DNA of 64,000 nucleotides from contig NC_068981.1 in NCBI RefSeq assembly GCF_001194135.2, positions 159,365,148 to 159,429,147 on the forward strand, written 5' to 3'. Shown piece after piece: positions 25,438-40,354 of this stretch. The position numbers and the translations under genes are program-made. The stretch is from Octopus bimaculoides. Lineage: Eukaryota. A model generated the notes under the pieces. It was not told the DNA's origin and ran no database searches. It was given only the letters and a program-made list of their open reading frames with translations. Positions within the stretch are counted from its first letter, which is position 1. Each line of letters opens with the position of its first letter.

Positions 25438-25647
25438 ATTCTTTTATTCTTTTATTTGTTTCAGTCATTGGACTGTGGCCATGCTGGAGCACCACCTTTA
25501 GTCAAACAAGTCAACTCCAGAACTTATTCTTTGTAAGCCTAGTATTTATTCTATCGGTCTCTTTACTGAACCGCTAAGTTACGGGGGCGTAAACACACCA
25601 GCATTGGTTGTCAAGCGATGGTGGGGTGACAGACACACAAATATACG

Positions 25648-25685
<38 letters not shown>

Positions 25686-26130
25686 AATAAATAATAATAA
25701 AAGAGTTACGACGCAAATTATTGTTGGTAGTTAATTTATCGAGCGTGGCCGTTTTCGTGCGGGTGACACGTAAAAGCACCCACTACACTCTCTGAGTGGT
25801 TGGCGTTAGGAAGGGCATCCAGCTGTAGAAACTCTGCCAAATTAGATTGGAGCCTGGTGTTGCCATCCGGTTTCACCAGTCCTCAGTCAAATCGTCCAAC
25901 CCATGCTAGCATGGAAAGCGGACGTTAAACGATGATGATGATGATGATGATGATTGATATATATATATATATATATATACATACGATGGGCTTCTTTGAG
26001 TTTCCGTCTACCAAATCCACTCACAAGGCTTTGGTCGGCCCGAGACTATGGTAGAAGACACTTGCCCAAAGTGCCACGCAGTGGAACTGAAGCCAGAACC
26101 ATGTGGTTGGTAAGCAAGCTACTTACCACA
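25438..26130 (-). mobile_element. SINE-C with a nested family-D element (25735-25954, +)
   Basis: The tail (25438-25645) and head (25981-26130) are separated by the D element lying in the microsatellite. Confidence 0.75.
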
Positions 26131-28904
26131 CATGTTAATTTATTTTAACCATTTTTGTCACAGCCACCCACCTTTTTACAAATTCACTGTGAGAGAGGAC
26201 TTCTCTCTCCACATTCACTTTCCAAGTGGAACTTAAAACAATTGTTGAGGACTTGACTGGAAAGGAAGATACCTCTCTTTCCTCAAACCTTTCAGCCTTG
26301 TCCACAACACAACCTCTTTCACCACAGCTACTAGACAGGGGAACTGCTCTACATTGTTCAAAGTGAATAATGGGGTAATCCTCATGACAGACTTGTCCAA
26401 GTCAGGTTTGTCCCACACACTACAACAACTGTTTGACAAAACTCCATATATCAGCAATGCTCAGATACTGCACAAATGCAAACAGTACAGCTGGAGATCA
26501 AAGTGATGCTGTAATTCTTCAGCATGGATGTGGTTATGATACAGTTGAGAATTGAAGTATGAAAGCTAAAGAATGTTGTTTTCATTCCAGAGAACAGGAT
26601 AAAGCAACATCCTTTATAGCCAGTACTTCCAATTTTTCCCACTTCCATTAATTTCCAAGGTGTTGCTGGAGACAATTACCAATGACTGTCTCAAAGCCAT
26701 TTCCTGCCTCAGTCCTTTTTATCTTGGAAATCATTGTGTAGTCAAGCTTGTTGCACTAAATATTAACTATTACATTAGCTAATTGCAGAGTACAAACCAC
26801 CTGGATTACAGCCAAATATAATTTCCTTGATTCACAAGAGCTTTCTTACTTATACTATAATACATATATTATTAGTGATCAATGTCTATCTTGCTTCTGT
26901 CCTCACCATTTCTGCTGCCCACCACTCTTCCTTCTTTTCATCAATGATCCCCTGTGTACTTTATTAAATTTAGATGTACTTATCATCATCATTATCACCA
27001 CCATCACTTAACATCCAGAGTTCCATGCTTGCATGAGCCAGACAGAGTTGGTGGAGGTAGATATTCTATGGCTGGATGCCCTACCTGTTGTCAGTTCTTA
27101 TAGTTTCCAAGCAAGGTAATATTTTCTTATAGCTAGGCATGCTTTCCACGGAAGACAGGATACAAACAACCTCTCTTGTATGATGGTGATGCTCATTTAC
27201 AACCATCACACATTGTCTACACAAGGTACACACATGCACGCACACACACACACAATAATTTCACTGGGGTATGTAACACTGGTGTTTATAGTATTAAGCT
27301 CATCCACGGATACTGACTATCAGATGAAGCTGTACACTTGAAATTGTTTGTTCTACCAAACAAATGTCTGAAAATCCAAAAGTATATGTAGAGCTTTTAT
27401 AGTGATAATTAAAAAGAATGGAGTGAGTAAGTCATTTTACTACTTCAATTTACAATTGTTTCATCTTAGTTCAGTACAATCAATCTTACAACATTATGTA
27501 ATAATTCATGCAACTATTGATTACTTTCCATATGCTATTTGGGGTAACTTTAATAACACATGCTGAATAAGGTTCTTCAGAAATGTTTATAAAATAATAT
27601 ATATGCATATGTGATGGGTTCCTTTCAGGTTCTTGAGTCCAACTCTACTCACAAGGTTTGGTGAGCCCAGAGCTATAGAGACTGAACCCAAAACCATATG
27701 GTTGAGAAGCAAGCTTCTTAACTTCACATCCACCTCTATACCTAAAAGAGTGTAGTCAATTTAATCAAGCTCAGTACTTTGCTAGTATTTATTTTATCAA
27801 CTCTGGAGAGATGAAAGGTAAATATAAACATTAACGGGATATGAACTCAGAACATAATGAAATGTGATAAATAACACCTGACAGTTCTGTGATCCTCCTT
27901 ATCCATACAGTAATAGGTACCACTGTGCTGTTAACAAATTTTGCTTAACAAAAGGATCTAAGAATTTCTATATCTCCTTCTCAGGTTTATATTTCTGAGT
28001 GTTTGGTCTTCAGTTCAAAATTCTCCACTTTGCTCTCAGTACACTCATTTCCATGCTATATCAACTGATAAAATAATATTGACATAAGGCCTGAGATTTG
28101 GGAGGGAGTGAGAAAGATAGACAATTATATTGACCACAATACACAACTGGTATTTTATTTTATCCACCTCAGAGGATTGAAGGGCAAAGCTGAAAAATGC
28201 CAAGTCATATGTGACACTGATATTCTCATTAACAGGGATCTTCTGTGTGACCTTTAACAAGGATCTTGTAACATTAACAATATCTAAAATGTAAGTATTT
28301 CCAGATGAAAGAAAAACACATCACCACCTCCATCCACAGACTTCATATCCTTTAATAGTCATACTATGAATAATATATTCAAAATATTTTGAATATAATT
28401 CAAAATCAAATAATTTTTACTCAATTTACTTATTTCAAATCAGATAGGATTCAGATCAAGCAGCATCATCCAAACTCTTGTAATATTGAAAAAGTGATAC
28501 CAAAAGTATTTCAACTTTATTATAAATTAAGTCTTTTGACACCAACCTGCCAGTAACTACCTGTGGTTTAAGATACAAAAATTCATTTTAAAATGTTCAT
28601 ACCTAAATTTTAAAAATTCCTTCATAATTTTATGAAAGAACCCTTTTTGTTATGTTCTAAACACTAACTTAAATTGAAAAAAGCTGGTAGATGACAATTT
28701 AACTGTAAATTCTTCATTACATTCAAAATCAATTTAAACACTCAAGAATATTTCACAGGAAATATAGATATCATCATCATTTAACACCTGTTTTCCATGC
28801 TGGCATGAGTTGGATGGTTTGACAGAAGCTGGAGAGCCACAGAGTTGTGTTAAGTGTCAATGTCAGCTTTCGTATGTGTTTTATGGTTAGGTATCCTTCC
28901 CAGA

Positions 28905-29206
28905 GCAAACCACTTTACAGTGCATGTTGCCAGTGCCCCTGGACTGGCTCTTGTGTGGGTGGCACATAAAATACACCATTTTGAGCATGGCCGTTGCCAG
29001 TACCACCTGACTGGCCTTCGTGCGGGTGACACGTAAAAGCACCACTACACTCTCTGAGTGGTTGGCGTTAGGAAGGGCATCCAGCTGTAGAAACTCTACC
29101 AAATCAGAGTGGAGCCTGGTGTAGCCATCTGGTTTCACCAGTCCTCAGTCAAATCGTCCAAGCCATGCTAGCATGGAAAGCGGACGTTAAATGATGATGA
29201 TGATGA

Positions 29207-29210
<4 letters not shown>
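28905..29210 (+). mobile_element. Family D: (GAT)n-tailed retroposon 3' ends (RTE-like tail)
   Basis: GGTTGGCGTTAGGAAGGGCATCCAGCTGTAG..CATGCTAGCATGGAAAGCGGACGTTAAA(GAT)n. Other copies at ~1037-1275(-), 12258-12450(+), 21143-21292(-), 22265-22660(-), 36449-36725(+) and 37580-37720(+); variants at 26990-27230, 29820-30020 and 34170-34560. Confidence 0.7.
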
Positions 29211-29241
<31 letters not shown>

Positions 29242-30202
29242 AAGTAGGCTTCTGCACATTTTCTGTCAACCAAATTCTGTTGATAGTTTTATTAATCAAT
29301 CTGAGGCTATGGTAGAAGACACTTGCTCAATTGAACCTGAAACCACATGATTGTGAAGCAAACATCTTAACCATACAGCTATGTCTACACCCATCGATAA
29401 ATTAATAGATGACTTCATTTGAGATTAGCAAGATGTTTGAAATCAATTCTTTTATATCTAATGAATCAGTAATCTTGTTTCTTAAATTTCCTTCTCTAGT
29501 AGCAGAAGAGTTAAGAGTATAGACGGGAGATTCTCCAGCATCTTCAACAATGATGTTCACTTGGTCAGCCAAAGGTTTAGCTTCCTTATCTTTCTGCAAT
29601 GTTTGTTAATCAATATATTGTCAATGTGCTTAGCTGTTTGTCAAACATTAATATATTTCTCTAGGAATGGTAGGTAAATAAGTAGAAAGACAAGTGTAAG
29701 TTGACAAGCAATCATGCAACAGAGAAAGGAGCATTTGTATGGAAGATAGCTAGCTTGTGTAAATAAAGACATAACATGTAGAGGAAAACCAACCATTACT
29801 CGCAAGCAAGTGTGGCTTCTTATCATCACCATCATTTTAGCCTCCTCTTTTCCATACATACATGGATGGAGCAGAGTTTGTGGAAGCAGAATTTCTGTGA
29901 CAAGATGCTCTTCCTGTTGCGAACCCTCATCTGTTTTCAAGTTATATTGCCCCATGACTAGAAGATTGCAAATGAAGGTCACTGCTTACATAATGAATGA
30001 CATTAATTTACAACTATTTCATTATGTCAAGGTAAGGAAACAATAACACATATACACACACACATACACATATATATACAACAGGTTTCTTACAGTTTCT
30101 GTTCACCAAATCCACTCACAAGCCTTTGGTCAACCCTGATTGTTTTAGGTGCCTTTGTAGACATATAGCCACCCTCTCAACCCTCCCACTCTTTATCTAA
30201 TG

Positions 30203-30466
30203 CAGTGATTCTCAACCATTTTTTTTTCTCCTGTGGACACCTTTCATTTCTATTTTAGTCTACTGGACCTACACAGCCATTTGAAATTTTAAAAAAATCC
30301 CATTACCTTTTGATAATTAAATATCATTAGGAATTGTATAAAAAAAGAATTTTTTTTAATATCTCGAGTATTGTAGCAGTATAACTGATTTATTGCACAT
30401 AATTTTTAGCAATAAAATCTTATATAGACCCTGAAGGGCCATGTGGACCCTTATTGAGAACTACTG
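30203..30466. mobile_element. hAT-type MITE
   Basis: CAGTGATTCTCAA..TTGAGAACTACTG termini; exact 8-bp TSD ATCTAATG. Confidence 0.8.
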
Positions 30467-31299
30467 ATCTAATGGAACATCGAAGATGTGACAGCTGGAG
30501 GGAGTGAGGGCTGCACCAGTATTTGGCCAGTACATGTTCCATATGAGTAGACTTGGCAAAATGTGAAATGAAGTGCTATGCTGAAGGCCTTAATTCTCCA
30601 CTTGGTACAAAAATCAAATCAATGGAAATTGTCATTTTTGTTCTTTAACTCCACATCACCTCTAATCAAGTGGACCTATGATAAAAGGCATTCCATTCAT
30701 GACCATCCCATGATAATAATGATAATGGTTTCAAATTTTTGGCACAAGGCCAAAAATTTGGTGGGAGGGAATAAGTCAATTGCATTGGTCCCAGTGTTTA
30801 ACTTATTTTATCAACCACAAAAGGATGAAAGGTAAAGTTGACTGCCTTAACAGCAACAACAACAATAATAATCCTTTTTACTAAAGGCACATGGCACAAC
30901 TGAAGCTTCCACCTCAGTTCACTAATTGTGGACAAGCTGGTACCCATATTACATCACCAGCAACAACTGCTGTGAGACAAGTGGAATAATAATACCTTCT
31001 ACTATAGGTATAAAGCCTAAAATTTTGGGAGAGGGGGCAAGTTGATTACATCAACCCTAGTGTGCAATTTTGAAGGAAAGGTGATTAGTCAATTAAATTA
31101 ACCATAGTACTTGACTTTGTACTTCATTTATCAACCTGAGAAGGATGAAAGGCAGTGTGGATCTTGGCAGGATTTGAACTCAGAGCACAAAAAAAAACCC
31201 AGAAGAAATAACTACAAGCAAAAGAACAAAAGGGTACCAAAGAAGCAATTTCGTAATATAAAGGGAAGAAAATGTGGCAGTGTTAGGGGTCACAATTTA

Positions 31300-32270
31300 G
31301 TGTATCCAGGAATGTGGTGTGGGACAATGGCATCATGGAAGTAAAGTGATGATGGTGCCATAGCAGCAGATCTAGAAAAGTGATGCAGCAATACCAGGTA
31401 TATAATGTGGGACAGCTAGACAAATATTTTGATGGCACAGAGCAGAATTATGGTTATGGCCATGATGGAGATGTTGGATATGTGCCATAGAGATAATGTG
31501 GTGCAGCTAGAGAAGGGATGTTGTGACATCAGAAAAACAATGGTGTGGAATAACAGAAATAATGTTGTAATGCCAGGGGAACAAGGTGTTGTTAGCAATA
31601 CAGAAGCAGTAATTTGCAATACAGAAGTTATGTGGCAACACCATCAAAGCAATGTTTTAAGTGATTGCAGCAGCAGAGCAATATGATAGCAACATAGAAG
31701 CAATGGCTAAAAGTAGAGGAACAATATGATGGTTGCAGAGAAGTAATGTATTAGAAATGGGAACCACTATGGTGACAAGAGAGAGGTAATGTAATATCAA
31801 CACAGAAGCAATGTGATAACAACATAACAGCAATGTGGTATCAACATAGAAGCAATATGAAGTGAGAGAAAAGCAATGTGATAGGAACGGAGAAGTGATG
31901 TGGTAGCAATAGAGAAGTAATATAGTAGGAACAGGTAGTACTATGGTGGCAACAGGGAGGCAATGTAATAACAACACAGATGCAATACAGCATAGAAGCA
32001 ATGTATTAACAACAGAGAAGCAATATGGAATCAACACAGAAGCAATATATAAAGCAACAAAGAAACAAAGTGGTAGCAACAAAAGAGCAATGTGCAATAA
32101 CATAACAGCAATGTGGATTCATCATAGAAGTAATATGAAACAACAGAGAAGCAATGTGACAGCAAGAAGGAATGAGGTAGCAACAGAAAGGCAGTATGTT
32201 TGCAACAGAGAAGCAACATAGTAACAACATAAAAGCAATGTGGTATTAACAGAGAAGTAATGAATTTCTG
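31300..32270 (+). repeat. Degenerate ~22-bp minisatellite (AGAAGCAATGTGGTAGCAACAG-like)
   Basis: AGAAGCAAT/AGAAGTAAT recurs at ~20-45 bp spacing; it explains the overlapping L/C/Y-rich ORFs. Confidence 0.7.
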
Positions 32271-32990
32271 CCAATATTGAAGAAAAAAGTTTATCAAGTG
32301 TACATAATACTATTCTACAGTTATGCTGTTTAAAATATAAAAAGTATGAGTAACCAAAGATGGTGTCATCGAAAATAGTGGAAAACAGCTAAAACCTATT
32401 AAAATATTCAACAGAACTCATCAGTAGTCAGAGGCTTTGCTGCATTGTTTACACAAACTGAATTAACAAATAAAACATTAACAGAAATTTGTCTAGATGA
32501 GATATGCTTCTGAAGAAGTGCATCTGTTTCTCTGTAAGTTTTCATGTACTTACTAGCACACACACACACACATACACAAACACACACAACACATATACAT
32601 ACACACAAATATACATATAATTTTTTAAGATATAGCTAGTTATGTAAAGTGATGTAGCAATGTTAGTCTTTCAGTTTCTTACAAATGTAACCATAGCAGT
32701 ACATGTTCATACTAGTGTACATGCACACACACACTTCAGTTTTTTTTTTGTTTGTTTTGTGCTTTTTAAGGCATGGAAAACAGCATCCATGAACCTTTAC
32801 AGGGCTTCTGAATTGGTGTAAAAAAGTGAAAGTCATCTTAAAATAACCTGGAGACATGGGCTGATTGTTTGCTTTTTGCTGGGTTTAAGCATGTATTCAT
32901 CTAACTCATACCATTATAGAAGAAGAGATGCAAAATGAATGAAATACACAATCCATGTTTCACTTAATTTTGATAATTATCAATAATTTA

Positions 32991-33220
32991 AAAATATTTA
33001 ATGAAATAATTAAATTTATTATATTTACTTTTGCGTAAGTTGCACTCATGTATAAGTGCACTCATATATAAGTCACACCCCTAATTTAGGGTTAAATCTA
33101 AATACGAAATTTGAAAATATTTAATGAAATAATTGAATTTACTATATTTACTTTTGTGTAAGTTGCACTCATGTATAAGTGCACTCATATATAAGTCACA
33201 CCCCTATAATACGAAATTTG
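32991..33220 (+). repeat. Tandem duplication of a ~120-bp pogo/Tigger-like end fragment
   Basis: Units 32991-33113 and 33114-33220; related to the reverse complement of 12570-12625. Confidence 0.7.
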
Positions 33221-33286
33221 TTACCTTCATATTCAAATTGGCCCCATGTATAAAAAACATCCCAGTTTTTACCATTTAAATTCAAG

Positions 33287-34130
33287 TATTGAGTCATCCC
33301 ATAAATAATGCAGTTTTTTTTATACTTCTTTTATTTTTCAAAATTAAGATAAACAAACTTCTTTTTTAATCTAAAATATAGATTCCTTCATTTTCTACAA
33401 TGCTCTTCCATCTATCTGGTAGATTTGCAAGGCCTCTCTTCCAAAATTCACTTGTCTGTGATGAAAAATACTCCTCCAGTACTGTTCTGACCTTGTCTAC
33501 AGAATTCATATTTTTTCCATCCCAATCATTTTGAAAACTGTTGAATAAATGATAATCAGATGGGGCAATGTTCAGCAAATATAGTGGGTGGGGCATCATT
33601 TCCCATTCAAACTGCTCCAGCCTTTGGAATGTCATCCTTGCTGCATGCGGCCGAACATTATCTTGATGGAAGAACACCTTTTATCTTGAAACCGAAGATG
33701 GTCGTTTTTCTTCTAGTGCTGACTTGAATGAGTGGTTGAATGACCAAATCCAAGCTTCTCTGCTAGTTCCTCAACAGTTACAATGGGATTTTGTTCCATC
33801 AGGATGTCCTTGTCAAGCTCTACAGATCTTCCAGGATGAAGCTCGTCTTCTAGGATGTAGTTTCCAGCTCGAAATTTCTGGAACCACTGTTGACACTGGC
33901 TTGCGCTTATTGTCCAATCCCCATATACTGCATTACTATTCCTCACACTTTTTGTTGTACTGTTGCCTTTATTGAACTTATAAAGCAAAATATGCTGAAT
34001 ATGCTCCCTTGTCACTTCCATTATAGCTTTGAAAGCATTTTCCAGGTTTCTTCATATGTCTTGAAATGTTGCACAAGCTTTGGAAACAAAAGGCTCACTG
34101 AAACAGTGCCATTTGTTTCCAGTTTTCTGC
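33287..34130 (-). mobile_element. Internally deleted mariner relic (different subfamily)
   Basis: ORFs 33713-34021 (HTH region: QWFQKFRAG..EELAEKLG) and 33366-33677 (HQDNVRPH..IAPSDYHLF). The middle is missing and only one TIR is apparent. Confidence 0.8.
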
Positions 34131-36082
34131 ATAATCATGCCCAGGCTGTTTGTCATTCAACAGACTAGGAAATTAATTCCTCATTCAGAAACAAGCGGGG
34201 GTTGGTGTCAGGAAGGACATCCAGTAACAGAAAACTTTTGCCCCCGCATACACTCATCTGATCCATGCAAGCATGAAAAAGTAAATGTTAAAATGATGAT
34301 GGTGATGATGATGATGATATTCTGTTGTCATGTTGCAGAAGTTAAGCATAATCACCATTTTAATGTCCACTTTTCCATGCTCAAATGAGTTGGATAGAAT
34401 TTTGTTGAGGCAGATTTTCTACAACCCTCAAATGTTTCCATGTAAAGGTAATATTTCCCCATGACCAGACATGTTTTTGTAGAAGACTGAGAATAAAGGA
34501 CATTGCTTACATGATGAAAACATTTGTTTACAACTATCATGTGATGCCAAAATAAGGAGACAGTAACACTCACACAAACACATATACAGATAGATAGATA
34601 GATAGCTAAATGGATAGAGGACTGGCTTCTTGCAGTATCCATCTACCAAATCCACACACAAGGCTTTGGTCAGCCTGGGGTTAAAGGAAAAGACATTTGT
34701 CCAAAGTACCACACTGTGAGATTGAACCTAAAACTATGTGGTTGGGAAGCAAACTTCTTACCACACAGCCACACCTGCACCTAAGAATACAAATAAATAA
34801 TGTAAACCTTAACCTTATACAAAAATAACTGATGGTCAACAAATTTCTTCTCTGTCTTTGACTATCGGTTCACTTTTAATCGGTGACATTTAGATTTCAT
34901 CGATTATTACATAAACTAATAATTACATAACTCTTTTGATACCAAAGCCCATGAGACTGCTTCTGGTTTTATGATGTGTAACCTCTTGTTTCGAAGTGTC
35001 ATGTTTAAATTAAAACCTTTAATCTCAATTTCATGTGAAGAAGTTTTGTCACGATATCTTCTAAGCAGCAGCTTAATAAAGAAAAAAAAATTTAATTATA
35101 TTACCAAATTGCTTCAAATTATAGGTTATTAACAAAATTAATTGAAACATATGGATAGTGCATAACATTTATTTTACATCTGTTTTTCTATGCTAGCATG
35201 GGTTAGACGAATATGTATAACTGTAGCATTGTTTTAGAGCTGACTATTCTTGTTGCTAATTTTTAACTATTGTTCAAGTAAGGGAGTTTTTATTCAGCTC
35301 ATCTTTTGAAAGTACAAATTTGTTGACAAGGAAATGCCAACAGAGATGACTGTCCATAATTCAGCAGTTTTTCTTGTGGTTGCATTTTTCATATAATTTA
35401 AAAATACAAACAATTACCCAGATACATCCATGCATGCACACACATACGCATGCACACACATACGCAGACATACACACACATACAAAAACACATACATATC
35501 ATTGTGGCTTGCTAGACACTGATATGTCATGCATTATAACAACGTACTTCGTCGTCTGCATGCTTGACCCGAATGGCATACCTCACCAACTGCTTTTCTT
35601 TATTTGGCACACTAGCCATGACACAGAGGGGGACGACACAAGGACAGTCAGAACACCACAATGAGGACAAAAAACATAAGTTAAGTGTGAGAGGTTAGAT
35701 ATGGCCAGTTTGAATGTAAAACATAGAATATTTGAGCTGTATTTGGCTGGTTTAAATGCTGGAAAGGTTAAGTTGCTGTGCAGCGGAACTGACCCTAAAA
35801 CCTGCAAAGTAAGCTTCTTAACCACACAGCTTAACCATGCTTATTTCATTATAAATATTCTTTTATTCTTTTACTTGTTTCAGTCATTTGATTGTGGCTA
35901 TACTGGAGCACCACCTTAAAGGACTTTTTAGTTGAAGAAATTGACTCTTGGACTTATTCTTTGTTAGCCTAGTACTTGTTCTATTGGTCACTTTTGCCGA
36001 ACTGCTAAGTTACAGTGACATAAACACACCAACCTCAGTTGCCAAGTGATGGTGGGGAGGACAAACACAAAGACACACACGC

Positions 36083-36121
<39 letters not shown>

Positions 36122-36683
36122 NNNNNNNNNNNNNNNNNNNNNNNNNNNNNNNNNNNNNNNNNNNNNNNNNNNNNNNNNNNNNNNNNNNNNNNNNNNNNNN
36201 NNNNNNNNNNNNNNNNNNNNNNNNNNNNNNNNNNNNNNNNNNNNNNNNNNNNNNNNNNNNNNNNNNNNNNNNNNNNNNNNNNNNNNNNNNNNNNNNNNNN
36301 NNNNNNNNNNNNNNNNNNNNNNNNNNNNNNNNNNNNNNNNNNNNNNNNNNNNNNNNNNNNNNNNNNNNNNNNNNNNNNNNNNNNNNNNNNNNNNNNNNNN
36401 NNNNNNNNNNNNNNNNNNNNNNNNNNNNNNNNNNNNNNNNNNNNNNNNGAGATCGTTGCCAGTGCCCCTGGACTGGCTTGTGCGGGTGGCACATAAAAGA
36501 CACCATTTCGAGCGTGGCCGTTGCCAGTATCGCCTGACTGGCCTTCGTGCAGATGACACGTAAAAGCACCTACTACACTCTCTGAGTAGTTGGTGTTAGG
36601 AAGGGCATCCAGCTGTAGAAACTCTGCCAAATTTAGATTGGAGCCTGGTGTTGCCATCCGGTTTCACCAGTCCTCAGTCAAAC

Positions 36684-36725
<42 letters not shown>

Positions 36726-37248
36726 ATATATACGACAGGCTTCTTTCAGTTTTCATCTACCAGATCCACTCACAAGGCTTTATGTTCAGGAAAGGAATAA
36801 ATCAATTTGGTACACTTTTCCAAAATGGCCATTGTTATTTATAGCAGTGCAATATACTAGGGAGATTTTTGCAATGGTTATTCAATCTGCTGAAAATAGC
36901 AGCTAAATCTCCCTTAATTCACACTTTGCCTTTTTAAACTATGAAAAGACACATTAAATAATCTTGTCTTTCGTGCACCTAAAATGACAGAGTTGGCTGG
37001 CCACAACTGAAACACCTTACATCACAGAGCTTGATCAGGATCGACCTGTGGTTAAACAACACCACCACCGCCACCACCAAAAATCATTTACATTTCAAAC
37101 TATTGAGTGGGTATGAGACATTTTGGAACAGCCATTTTGGCACCACCTATTTGGTGTCACTGATTCTATGCCAACTTATATGACATCAGACATTAATCTT
37201 AATGTTTCATTTTAATGATTCCCTTGTTGTTTCTCTCTCTCACACACA

Positions 37249-37283
<35 letters not shown>

Positions 37284-37362
37284 ACTCTCTTTCTCTCTCT
37301 TTGTCTATGTGTGTAAGCATCTAGTTATGTTTGTATGTATGTGTAATGTCTCTCCCCCTCTC

Positions 37363-37394
<32 letters not shown>

Positions 37395-37721
37395 ACTCTA
37401 CATTTAGTGACATCATTATTGAGCAGATTTAGTTTACAACAAAAGAAATAATTAGCTCTTATTTGGAACAATTAATTTACATGTTGTTAACATGTCAGAG
37501 GACCAAGACATGTGATGCACTGCTATACTCAAGAAGACCTACTCCCCACAACAGAATTGAGATCCTAAAACCATGGTGCTATGTAAAAAGTACTGGTGCT
37601 GATGCCACATGAAAAGCAACCAGTACATTCTGTAAAGTGGTTGGACTTAAGAAGGGCATCCAGTAGTAGAAACCAAGCCAAAACAGACAACAGAACCTGT
37701 AGTCCCTGGCCCTGCCAGCAC

Positions 37722-37892
37722 CTTTTTATGTGGCACCATAACCAATACTTTTTGTGGTACCATTGCCAATGCTTTTTATGTAGCACCATCACCAATGCTT
37801 TTTATGTGGCACCAGCACCGGTGATTTTTATGTGGCACCAGCTCCAGTGTTTTTTTGGTTTTTTTTATGTGGCACCAGCACCAATGCTTTTT
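37722..37892 (+). repeat. ~26-bp tandem repeat (TTTTTATGTGGCACCAGCACCAATGC) derived from family D
   Basis: About six visible units. Confidence 0.8.
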
Positions 37893-38073
37893 ACTTTGTA
37901 CCTTGGTTTTAGGATATCAATTCTGTTGTGGTGGGCAACTCTTCTTGAGTACAGCAATACACCAGTAGCTTAAGTTTCAGCAGGAGCAAAGGGTGCAAAC
38001 ATTTTTTTAAAATATGATAAATTTCTTTTTAAATGTTAATTTAAAACAGTTAAAACATCTAAGGTACTTTTAA

Positions 38074-38294
38074 CCCTTTAGCATTCATATTACTTTGTCA
38101 AATGTAAAGCTTATTCATTCACATTATTTTGAATTAATAATGCATTATCTCATAACTCTGGAGACTTTGATGATGTGATTATTTTTTCTTAGAAAGACAT
38201 TGTAGGGTAGGTGTGACTGGCCAGATCTGGCCAATTTGAACATAAAACAGGTGAAATATTTGGGCCGGATATGGCTGGTTTAAATGCTAAATGG
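38074..38294. mobile_element. piggyBac-like MITE
   Basis: TTAA|CCCTTTAGCATT..AATGCTAAATGG|TTAA. Confidence 0.7.
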
Positions 38295-39971
38295 TTAAAT
38301 GAACACCTCAGGGTTTCACAAAGATACCCTTTTTGTTAAATTTTATGTTAAAAAAACCCAGTCAGTAGGTGGGCAGGATAAGCAGGATTGGTAAAATGAC
38401 AAGCAAAAACACCTTGCAGTGTTAAGTTTCATTCCTTTATGTTCTAAGTTCAAATACCAATAAGGCTGACTTTACCTTCCCTCCTTCCACAGGATGGGCA
38501 GATGGAAGACAAAAGTTCATACAAGCATTTGTCAATCAAATACTGGAATCAATCATAATCAACAATACTCTCCCAGAAAACGAATGTCCTTGTCCCAAAA
38601 AATCAATATCAAAACCCAGTCTCTCCATGTTGTTTTTTTTATATTCTATGCCATCCTGTATCTTTCGAACAAAAGACTTCTTTAAATATCTAACCAAACA
38701 TGAGACATGGCAATTAAAAGAATAATTTTACAATTAAATTTTCAAGATTCATGACCCAAATTTTTGACAATATTTTTTTTTTACAGTAACATTTATGACT
38801 ATTCATTAAATGTACAATAACATATTGAGCTTAATAAATAATTTAAAGAAAATGAAAATGAAAATTAGCCAAAACCTGATTCGCCTTTAGTTCAGAGAAA
38901 TAGATAACAGCCAAAATATTTCATTTAGAATAACAGAATAGCATAATAAATGTTTATTAGAATGGGGAAGAATATTTTTAAAGATGTTAGTAAAATAAAA
39001 CTGTATAATAATGAGGAGGGGAGAAGTAAATGGGGTTAGAGTGTGAGGCTAGGGTCATGTTCAGTATTAGGATAAGATTCAGTCAAATCCAGGAAGAGAA
39101 ATTCTCTAATGTCTCTGGCACCATACTGTCTACTGCTAGAGTTAACATGGCTTCTCTATAGTCTTTGTAGTCATACAAACACACTTACACATACACACAT
39201 ATATACGTGTACACATTCATGTGCATACTGATGCACAACCTCACAGACACAGATAACACACACGTATACATGCACATACATCAGATACATGCACATGCAA
39301 ACATACTTCAATACTCTCACAGGCAGAAGAGAAAAAAAATACAACATCTCTGCCAACAATATTATCAGTTCTTACAGCAGTAATGATACAGACTGTCTCA
39401 TGCTAGACTTGATGTCTACAGAAATATCCAGTGTGGTGGACTACAATACTAGTTTTCAAAAGAACACTCTGCAATACTTGTAGACATAAGTATATATGAA
39501 GCAACAGATATATACATGTATGTATGTACGTATGTATGTGTGTGTGTGTATGCATGTATGTATGTGTGTGTGTGTGTGTTCCTTAGAATAAATAGCCATA
39601 GTTAGGTAATTCTTTGTGCCTTGGGAGAAAGAAGAACAAATAATGAATTAAATTATCAAGGAGTTCAAGTGCGATAGAGAAAAACTTATAAATGACGGCA
39701 AACATAGAATGAAAAACAGCAAGATGGGTTGACATAGTTGAAATATTGAGCTTTAGAGGAAAAGAAAACATGAAACAAGCAAACTAAAAAAAAACAACAA
39801 AATCATGAGTAACTGGAAGATAAGAAAACTTGACTCAAAATTCAAAAGGAAATTAAATTGTTAAAATATATAAAATATGACTAACTTCTTTAGAGCAATC
39901 AGGTTGTTGAGACAGATGAAATTGTTGGTCTTAGACTGAACAGTGGTAAATTTGCATTGATGTGATATGTT

Positions 39972-40354
39972 TTGTTGGCACTCCATCGCTTACAACGTCG
40001 AGGGTTCCAATTGATCCGATCAACGGAACAGCCTGCTCATGAAATTAACGTGCAAGGGGCTGAGCACTCCACAGACATGTGTACCCTTAACGTAGTTCTC
40101 GGGGATATTCAGCGTGACACAGTGTGACAAGGCTGACCCTTTGAATGACAGGCACAACAGAAACAGGAAGTAAGAGTGAGAGAAAGTTGTGGTGAAAGAG
40201 TACAGCAGGGTTCGCCACCATCCCCTGCCAGAGCCTCGTGGAGCTTTAGGTGTTTTCGCTCAATAAACACTCACAATGCCCGGTCTGGGAATCGAAACAG
40301 CGATCCTATGACCGCAAGTCCGCTGCGCTAACCACTGGGCCATTGCACCTCCAC
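39972..40354 (-). mobile_element. SINE family B
   Basis: 11-bp TSD TGTGATATGTT. Confidence 0.85.

Noticed and set aside
26160-26730. Possible LINE ORF2 C-terminal relic (minus)
   Set aside because: Only vague W/C/H spacing; no diagnostic motif could be read.
31429-32297. Overlapping Cys/Leu-rich ORFs
   Set aside because: Translations of the degenerate minisatellite.
37722-37892. Regularly spaced ~26-bp repeats (CRISPR-like at a glance)
   Set aside because: Contiguous tandem units without unique spacers, no cas genes, eukaryotic context.
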